From the NCBI GenBank assembly GCA_963836075.1, contig CAWIIB010000001.1, positions 256,001-320,000 of the forward strand: a DNA stretch of 64,000 nucleotides, given 5' to 3'. Below are positions 58,083 to 64,000 of this stretch, piece after piece. This DNA is from an uncultured Acidobacteriota bacterium. GTDB lineage: Bacteria; Acidobacteriota; JAQAZP01. The notes under the pieces are model-generated. The model was not told the origin of the DNA. It saw nothing but the letters and a program-made list of their open reading frames with translations, and ran no database searches. Numbering within the stretch: position 1 is the stretch's first letter; every line of letters begins with the position of its first letter. The position numbers and the translations under genes are program-made.

Positions 58083-59186
58083 CTACCCCTCCCCCGTACC
58101 GGTCACTTTCTCCAGGGCTCTGATAAACCGCTGGTTCTCCTCGGGAAGACCGGTGGAGACGCGGAACGAATTGGGATACCCGTAGCCGGCCATGGGCCTG
58201 ACAATCACCCCCTCCTCGAGAAAGGCCGAAAAGGCGTCCGCGCTGGAAAGGGATGTGGTCACCAGGACGAAGTTTCCGTAGGACGGGGTGTATTCCACGC
58301 CCAGCCGGTCCAGCTGGCCCTGAATATAGGCGATGGACTCCCGGTTGAGGGCCACGCTGGCCTCCAGGTGCGACCGGTCTTCCAGGGCGTGCAGGGCGGC
58401 CAGTTGGCAGAGGGAATTGGTATTGAACGGCGAACGGATCTTGTTCAGTCCGGCCACGATCTCCTCGTTGGCCACCCCGTAGCCCACCCGCAGACCGGCC
58501 AGACCATAGGCCTTGGAAAAGGTCCGCAGGATGATGATGTTCCTCCCCTCCTGCAGGTAGCGAAAGGAATCGGGGTAGTCGGGGTGGTCCATGTATTCGA
58601 AATAGGCCTCGTCCAGCAGTACGATCAGATGGTCGGGCAGGCTGTCCAGGAAGCGGTCCACCGCCTCGCGGCCCACCATGGTGCCGGTGGGATTGTTGGG
58701 GTTGGCAATGTAGACCAGCCTGGTGTTCCCGTCCACCGCCGCGGCCATGCCGTCCAGGTCGTGGGTCACTCCGTCGGCCATGGGGACCATCACCGCGTTA
58801 CCGTTAACCGCCTGGGTGGCGAGGTAGCACATGATAAACGCGCCGGCGGACATCACCGCGTTGTCCCCGGGCCCGAGGAAGGTCCGGCAGGCCATCTCGA
58901 TGACATCCACCGAGCCGTTGCCCAGAACGATCTGGTCTTCACCGACCCCGTGGACCGCAGCCAGCGCCTTCCGCAGATAAAACCCGCTGCCGTCGGGATA
59001 GAGGTTCAAGCTGTCCAGCGCTTCTCCCAGGGCCGCGAGGGCCTTGGGGGAGGGCCCCAGGGGGTTCTCGTTGGACGCCAGTTTGCACACGTTGGTGATC
59101 CCCAGTTCACGCTGCACCTCCTCGATGGGCTTGCCGGGGATATACGGTTTCAGGGCACGGATATTTTCGGGCAACAGATCCTTCAC
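58083..59186 (-). CDS. hisC: Histidinol-phosphate aminotransferase
   Basis: KLASNENP, NPNNPTG, DEAY, RTFSKAYGLAGLRVGY. Confidence 0.93.
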   Translation of the reverse strand: MKDLLPENIRALKPYIPGKPIEEVQRELGITNVCKLASNENPLGPSPKALAALGEALDSLNLYPDGSGFYLRKALAAVHGVGEDQIVLGNGSVDVIEMACRTFLGPGDNAVMSAGAFIMCYLATQAVNGNAVMVPMADGVTHDLDGMAAAVDGNTRLVYIANPNNPTGTMVGREAVDRFLDSLPDHLIVLLDEAYFEYMDHPDYPDSFRYLQEGRNIIILRTFSKAYGLAGLRVGYGVANEEIVAGLNKIRSPFNTNSLCQLAALHALEDRSHLEASVALNRESIAYIQGQLDRLGVEYTPSYGNFVLVTTSLSSADAFSAFLEEGVIVRPMAGYGYPNSFRVSTGLPEENQRFIRALEKVTGTGEG

Positions 59187-59224
59187 GGCGTCCTCCAGTA
59201 GGGAGTTGGTAGTGTCGCGGCGGC

Positions 59225-60158
59225 TCATCCCCGCTTCGGTTTCCTGCGCTCCGCGGGCGGCCGGCGGCGTTCTTTTGCACCGGGCTTCTCCGCCGGGCTG
59301 CCGGATCGGCGAAGCGATTTCTGTTTCGGGTTGTCTGGCCGGCGGCGTTTCTTCGCTCCAGGCCGCTCTTCGGGACCGCCGGGCCTGCGCAGCGCCTTCA
59401 GTTCCGGGCTGGTCAACCGGCGGAACTCGCCCGGGGTGATGCCCCGGGCCTTGACCGTGCCGATGGCCTCCCTGGTCAGCTTGACCACCGGGTGCATGAT
59501 GAGTTCGAACATCCGGCGGATCTGGTTGTTGCGGCCTTCCCCGATTACCACCAGCAACTGGCAGTTGCGCACCTTTCCCGGAAGGATGGTGATCCGCGCC
59601 GGCCGCGTTCGCCGTCCGTCCAGCACCACTCCTGCCCGGAGCCGGTCCAGTTCTCCAGTGCTGGGCATGCCGCGAACCTTTACCCGGTAGGTCTTGAGGC
59701 AGCCGTGCCGGGGGTGGGCGATCTTCTGGGCCAGCTCACCGTCGTCGGTGAGTACCGATCAGCCCGTCGGTGTTGAAATCGAGACGGCCGGCGGGAAAGA
59801 GGCGGTTTCCGGGAAGCCCGGTGATGTCGCCGAGGCAGGGCCGGCCCTCCGGGTCGCTCATGGTGCAGACCATCCCCCGGGGCTTGTTGAAGAGGATATA
59901 GGTGTGCGATACCCGCCGGGAGGCGGTGTAGCGCAACCGGGTCCCGTCAAGGGCCACCCGGTCGGTTTGCGGATCGATCCTTTTTCCCGGGGACGTCTCC
60001 GTCTTCCCGTTGACCGTGACCCGTCCTTCGAGGATCAGTTCGCCGGCCTTGCGGCGCGATACGCCGCCCCCGACCACCACCACCCGCTGGAGACGCTCCT
60101 GTTCAGGGGGTTTCGGGGTCGTCGGGGGCCGTGTTGTTTTCGCTGCTGTCCTGTTCAC
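59225..60158 (-). pseudogene. rluB: RluB/RsuA-family pseudouridine synthase, frameshifted at about 59755 (possibly a sequencing error)
   Basis: S4 domain and GRLD in one ORF; EGRNNQIRRMF in the next. Removing one base restores GRLDFNTDGLIVLTDDGELAQKIAHP. Confidence 0.8.
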
Positions 60159-60753
60159 TGTCGTTTATCAGTTCTTCCAGTTCCGGCTGATCGTCATCCC
60201 CGGAGAGGGTACCGGCCTCCTCGGTGACGATGAACTGCTCGAACTCGTCCATGTCCGGCAGGTCCTTGAGGTCCCGCAGGCCGAACTGCAGGAGAAATTC
60301 TCTGGTGGTGCCATAGAGCATCGGGCGTCCCACCACATTTTTCCTTCCCTGGATGCGCAGCAGTTTGCGTCCCAGCAGAGTTTTCAGAGGGGCGTCAGAC
60401 TTGATGCCCCGCACGTCGGCGATCTCGGGCTGGGTCACCGGCTGCCGGTAGGCGACAATGGCCAGCACCTCCAGGGCGGCCCGGCTCAGGCGGGTGGCCC
60501 GGCGGTCCTGGTTGATGGTCCGGATCCAGTGTGCGAAATCGGGCTTGGAGATCATCTGGTAGCCTCCGGCCACCTCGCGGATGTAGATTCCCCGCCACTC
60601 GTCGGCGCAGGCCCCGGCCAGTTCATCGAGCAGGGCCACCGCCTCGACCCTGGAGATTTCGTCCACCGCGTCGGAGATCTGCTTGGCCGATACAGGCTCG
60701 GCGGCGGCAAAAACCAGCGCCTCAACCAGTGCTTTCTTCTCTGATTCCTTCAT
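60103..60753 (-). CDS. scpB: SMC-Scp complex subunit ScpB
   Basis: EALVFA, VAGGYQ, LSRAALEVLAIVAYRQPVT, GRP..YGTT..FL..FGL. Confidence 0.95.
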   Translation of the reverse strand: MKESEKKALVEALVFAAAEPVSAKQISDAVDEISRVEAVALLDELAGACADEWRGIYIREVAGGYQMISKPDFAHWIRTINQDRRATRLSRAALEVLAIVAYRQPVTQPEIADVRGIKSDAPLKTLLGRKLLRIQGRKNVVGRPMLYGTTREFLLQFGLRDLKDLPDMDEFEQFIVTEEAGTLSGDDDQPELEELINDSEQDSSENNTAPDDPETP

Positions 60754-61537
60754 TGCTGATTCTTTCCAGTTCCTCGTCGGATACGGTCTTGAACACCCGC
60801 AGAGTCTCGAAACGCTTGCGCTGCAGCACCCGGATCACCTGTAACCGCATCAGTTCCAGGATGGCCAGGAAGGTGGCCACCAGCATGGAACGTTCCATCA
60901 TCGTCCCGTCACGGCGCTCGAAGATTTCGTGAAAATCGAGCGATCTGGTACCGCGCAGCCGGGTGGCCAGACGCTGGATCATTTCGCCCACCGAAGTCCG
61001 TTTTCGCTCGATGGTCATGCCCTCGGGCTGGGCGTCCAGACGTTCGCGGATCTCGCGGAAGGCCTCCACCAGGTCGAAGAGGGTCACTTCCAGATACTGC
61101 TCGCCGTCTTCCTCGAGCTCGGCCGGGGGGCCGCCGCGGGGCCAGAGGGAATCCTGGTGCAGCCTCTTTTCGGCCAGGCGCTGGGCCGCTTCCCGGAACC
61201 GCTGGTATTCCTCCAGTTCGCGGTAGAACTGTTCCTCCGGGTCCTCCTCTTCACTTTCCCCGTCCTCAGTGTACTGCAGCAGTTCGCGGGGGATCAGCAC
61301 CCGCGACTTGAGGTAGACCAGGCTGGCCGCCATCAGCAGGAACTCCCCGGCCACGTTGAGGTCCAGTTCCTTGAGCAGGTCGAGATACTTCAGATACTCG
61401 TCGGCAATGGTGGCGATGGGCACATCGCGGATATCCATCTCCTCCTTGCGCACCAGGTGCAGCAGCAGGTCCAGCGGCCCCTCGAATATCTCGAGTTTGA
61501 CCTGCCAGCGATGGTCCTGTGAGGTAGAGGTGTCCAC
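60722..61537 (-). CDS. scpA: SMC-Scp complex subunit ScpA (kleisin)
   Basis: FEGPLDLLLHL, EFLLMAA.L..KSR, FLAILEL. Confidence 0.95.
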   Translation of the reverse strand: MDTSTSQDHRWQVKLEIFEGPLDLLLHLVRKEEMDIRDVPIATIADEYLKYLDLLKELDLNVAGEFLLMAASLVYLKSRVLIPRELLQYTEDGESEEEDPEEQFYRELEEYQRFREAAQRLAEKRLHQDSLWPRGGPPAELEEDGEQYLEVTLFDLVEAFREIRERLDAQPEGMTIERKRTSVGEMIQRLATRLRGTRSLDFHEIFERRDGTMMERSMLVATFLAILELMRLQVIRVLQRKRFETLRVFKTVSDEELERISNEGIREESTG

Positions 61538-61642
61538 GTCCGGTTTCCTGATTAGGTTTGAGTGTGCCGGGCAAAACGCCGGCCCCGGAGTTATACTCCC
61601 TGCAGCACCTTCAGGGCAAGTGTCAGGGGGAAAAAGCGGCGC

Positions 61643-62293
61643 TCAGTTGAGGCCCAGCAGAAAATAGGTCAACTGCTGGACCACCCTGATATAGCCGTCG
61701 ATCAGATTTGACATCAGCAGGGCGATGAGTATCACGAAACCGAAGGGCCTGATGCTGTCGAGCAAAGGCAGCGCCTGGTCGGGAAGAATGCCGGCAAGGA
61801 TTCCGCCGCCGTCCAGCGGTGGAATGGGGATCAGGTTGAAGGCGGCGAGGATCAGGTTGATCATGGCGCAGAAGATCAGGAAAAGATACGCCCCTTCGTT
61901 GAACGCTCCACCGCCGGAGGTCAGCGACAACACCCGGAATATAACGATGGCGATCAGTGCCAGGGCGATATTGCTCAACGGCCCGGCGGCCGAGACAATC
62001 GCGCTGTCCCGCCGCGGCTGCCTGAGGTTCAGCGGGTTCACCGGCACCGGCTTGGCCCAGCCGAAAATCGGCATTCCGGAAACGGCCAGCAGGATGGGAA
62101 AGATCACCGTGCCGAAGATATCGACGTGGGCCAGGGGGTTGAGGCTGATCCGTCCCAGCATGCGCGCCGTGGGATCACCCAGACGGTCGGCCGACCAGGC
62201 GTGGGCCGACTCGTGCACCGTGATGGCCAGGGCGAAGACCACGAATTGCATGATATAGATGCCGATGGTGCCGCCGTCCAAAATGACCTCCAA
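61643..62293 (-). CDS. Site-2 protease (peptidase M50)
   Basis: HESAH, AGPLSN, FNLIPIPPLDG. Confidence 0.92.
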   Translation of the reverse strand: MEVILDGGTIGIYIMQFVVFALAITVHESAHAWSADRLGDPTARMLGRISLNPLAHVDIFGTVIFPILLAVSGMPIFGWAKPVPVNPLNLRQPRRDSAIVSAAGPLSNIALALIAIVIFRVLSLTSGGGAFNEGAYLFLIFCAMINLILAAFNLIPIPPLDGGGILAGILPDQALPLLDSIRPFGFVILIALLMSNLIDGYIRVVQQLTYFLLGLN

Positions 62294-62316
62294 ATAGTAG
62301 TAATAATTGAATTAAC

Positions 62317-62345
62317 AGGTTACCACAGGGTCTGATTCCTGTCAA
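62317..62345 (-). promoter_or_regulatory. Putative sigma70 promoter of the site-2 protease gene
   Basis: TTGACA-17bp-TAACCT with an extended TG. Confidence 0.6.
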
Positions 62346-62415
62346 CGCCGTTGAAACCATCAGCCGGTTCGGTTCGTAGTGGAATGAGTGAGATCACCCC
62401 TTGGAGGTGTGGACG

Positions 62416-62691
62416 ATGAGATTTCTTCGCCGGAAGGACGGGAATCAACGGGTGGCGCCGCGCCCGGAGCAACGGGTCTGGATACCATCAGCCCTGCTCT
62501 TTCCCCTGACCATCACCGTCGATCTCCTGCTGGTGCTCGACCTGTTGCGGATCGACCCGATCCCCTTTGTGGACGAGTTCGTGCTGATCGCCATCGGTTT
62601 CTTCCTCAACCGCTCGGCGTTGCGCCGTCTGGGATGGTGGCCGTCCCGGGCGGCCTCCGGCGAGGACCAGGGCGGCCAGGCCCAGCAGTGA
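62416..62691 (+). CDS. Small membrane protein (DUF6116/DUF1232-like DPIPFVDE motif)
   Basis: GGAGGTG RBS, ATG at 62416, hydrophobic hairpin with DLL..DPIPFVDE. Confidence 0.55.
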   Translation: MRFLRRKDGNQRVAPRPEQRVWIPSALLFPLTITVDLLLVLDLLRIDPIPFVDEFVLIAIGFFLNRSALRRLGWWPSRAASGEDQGGQAQQ

Positions 62692-63999
62692 GATGGTGGA
62701 GATCGCCATTCCAGCCCACAGGCCCGGCGGGCGGTAGAATAACCGGACCTGCTGTTTTCCGGTGCGGTCCAACATCACTCCAGTGAGCATATCGTCCACC
62801 AGGCAGACCGTCAGGGGCTCCCCGCTTCCCAACAGATCCGCCTTCCAGCCCTTTGACCAGGCCTGGGAAACCACCAGCATCCCGGCCCCTGTACAATCGG
62901 CTTCGATCAGCAGGCGGTTCGGCTCCCGGGCAATGACGGTGGCGGCAGTGAACGCAAGGTCCGTACCTCCCGCCGGGTCGGGCGAAACTGGACCCGGCAC
63001 GAACCAGGCTCGGGGGAACGCCCGGTTGTTGCGGTAGAGCCGCACCCCGGGCAGACGCACCTGGCCGTAGTTCTGCAGGGTCACCGGCAGCGGTTCGAAT
63101 GTTTCCACCAGTTGCAGGCCCTTCTGGGTCAGCGGTTCCCGGGATACCAGGTAGCGCACATTGAGCTTGTCCAGCAGTTCCCGCCGGAAGCCGGGCTCCA
63201 CACGAAGCGTCCAGGCCACGCTGGACTGCTCTTCGCGGCGGTTGAGGGCGTCGAAACGGCGCTGGGTCACCTTGAGGTTGATCGGGTCATACCCGCCGGC
63301 CTTGTCGATGCCAAAGACACAGGCCTGGTTGTCGCTGAGCGCGCCGCTGAGATCGGCCACCCGGAACGGCTGCTCCCCGTCCTGCAGATCAACCAGCCGC
63401 TGCACCAGCGGGGTGGACTGCAGAAAGAGCTGTTCACTGTCCGCCGTGGCCAGATAGCCCCGGCCGAAGAAGAGCAGGTCGGCGGCCAGGATCAGCAGGG
63501 CCAGGCCCTGGAGTGAGTCGCTCTTCAGCAGCGGCCCGCGCTTCAGGGCGAAGAAGAGCAGTCCGAAGGAGGCGCAGAAAAAGACCAGGCTGGCCGCCAC
63601 GGTTTTCGGCAACAGCTGTTCCAGCTGTTCGGCATAGGCCGCTGCCCTGCCGGCACCGCCGCCGAAGAAGGCCGCGCTGACCTCGAAGGATTGGGCCACG
63701 ATCTCCGCGGCCCCGTCATGGTAGACGGCGTACCCGGCGGCCAGCAGACTGATCAGCAGCGCGGCCCCGGCCACCAGCCAGAGGGCCTGCCGCCGCTCCC
63801 CCTTTGTCCCGCGGTCCATGACCTGCCGCAGACCGTCCCAGCCCAGCCCGGCCAGCACCGCCATGGCCAGGGGAAAGAAGAAGAGAATCCGCGCCGGCTC
63901 GCGGAACAGGCTGACCCCGGGGATGAAGCGGTGGCAGAAGTCATAGACCGGTCCGTAGGTGCCCATGGCAAAGAGCAGCAGCGCAGGGATCAGTGCCAC
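62488..63999 (-). CDS. YfhO-like membrane glycosyltransferase (5' end outside the window)
   Basis: Multiple TMs, FREPAR, LNVRYL, LYRN..AFPRAW, W..GWKA, L.YRP followed by a final TM. Confidence 0.78.
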   Translation of the reverse strand: MALIPALLLFAMGTYGPVYDFCHRFIPGVSLFREPARILFFFPLAMAVLAGLGWDGLRQVMDRGTKGERRQALWLVAGAALLISLLAAGYAVYHDGAAEIVAQSFEVSAAFFGGGAGRAAAYAEQLEQLLPKTVAASLVFFCASFGLLFFALKRGPLLKSDSLQGLALLILAADLLFFGRGYLATADSEQLFLQSTPLVQRLVDLQDGEQPFRVADLSGALSDNQACVFGIDKAGGYDPINLKVTQRRFDALNRREEQSSVAWTLRVEPGFRRELLDKLNVRYLVSREPLTQKGLQLVETFEPLPVTLQNYGQVRLPGVRLYRNNRAFPRAWFVPGPVSPDPAGGTDLAFTAATVIAREPNRLLIEADCTGAGMLVVSQAWSKGWKADLLGSGEPLTVCLVDDMLTGVMLDRTGKQQVRLFYRPPGLWAGMAISTISLLGLAALVLAGGRPGRPPSQTAQRRAVEEETDGDQHELVHKGDRVDPQQVEHQQEIDGDGQGKEQG

Positions 64000-64000
64000 A

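Noticed and set aside
1-64000. tRNA, rRNA, CRISPR arrays, transposases
   Set aside because: None recognised; intergenic regions are short and lack cloverleaf or repeat-spacer patterns (by-eye scan only).

Overview
GC-rich bacterial chromosome segment. Gene content and order (fused LptF-LptG, HspR heat-shock operon, DUF4388 and RomR-like proteins) suggest an Acidobacteriota- or Deltaproteobacteria-like diderm; this taxonomy is inference. It is mostly housekeeping genes: sat, lpxB, lptFG, parAB, miaB, a regulatory PTS with hprK-hpf-rpoN-lptB, recJ, accA, dnaE, a dnaK operon, mazG, comEC, coaX, nadC, ihfB, sppA, rpsA, cmk, hisC, rluB and scpAB. I saw no tRNA, rRNA, CRISPR array or mobile element. 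Main points: (1) a clear XerCD dif site (5405-5432) lies about 150 bp downstream of a non-canonical parAB pair, whose parB gene carries an internal 18-bp near-palindrome, and 48 of the 51 genes to the right are transcribed toward dif, suggesting a terminus-associated ParABS-like system; (2) an 8-gene operon joins an archaeal-type HMG-CoA synthase/thiolase/DUF35 module to liu-like genes (acyl-CoA dehydrogenase, methylcrotonyl-CoA carboxylase, hydratase) with no HMG-CoA lyase; (3) a HAIR-controlled dnaK-dnaJ-hspR operon runs on into a sigma factor and a DnaC-like ATPase; (4) a sulfur-oxidiser-type Sat, a RomR-like pseudo-receiver, DnaD-like and Imm32-like orphans, two probable frameshifts (rluB, rpsA tail) and a 204-bp antisense gene overlap. 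All family assignments come from motif recognition by eye, not database searches.
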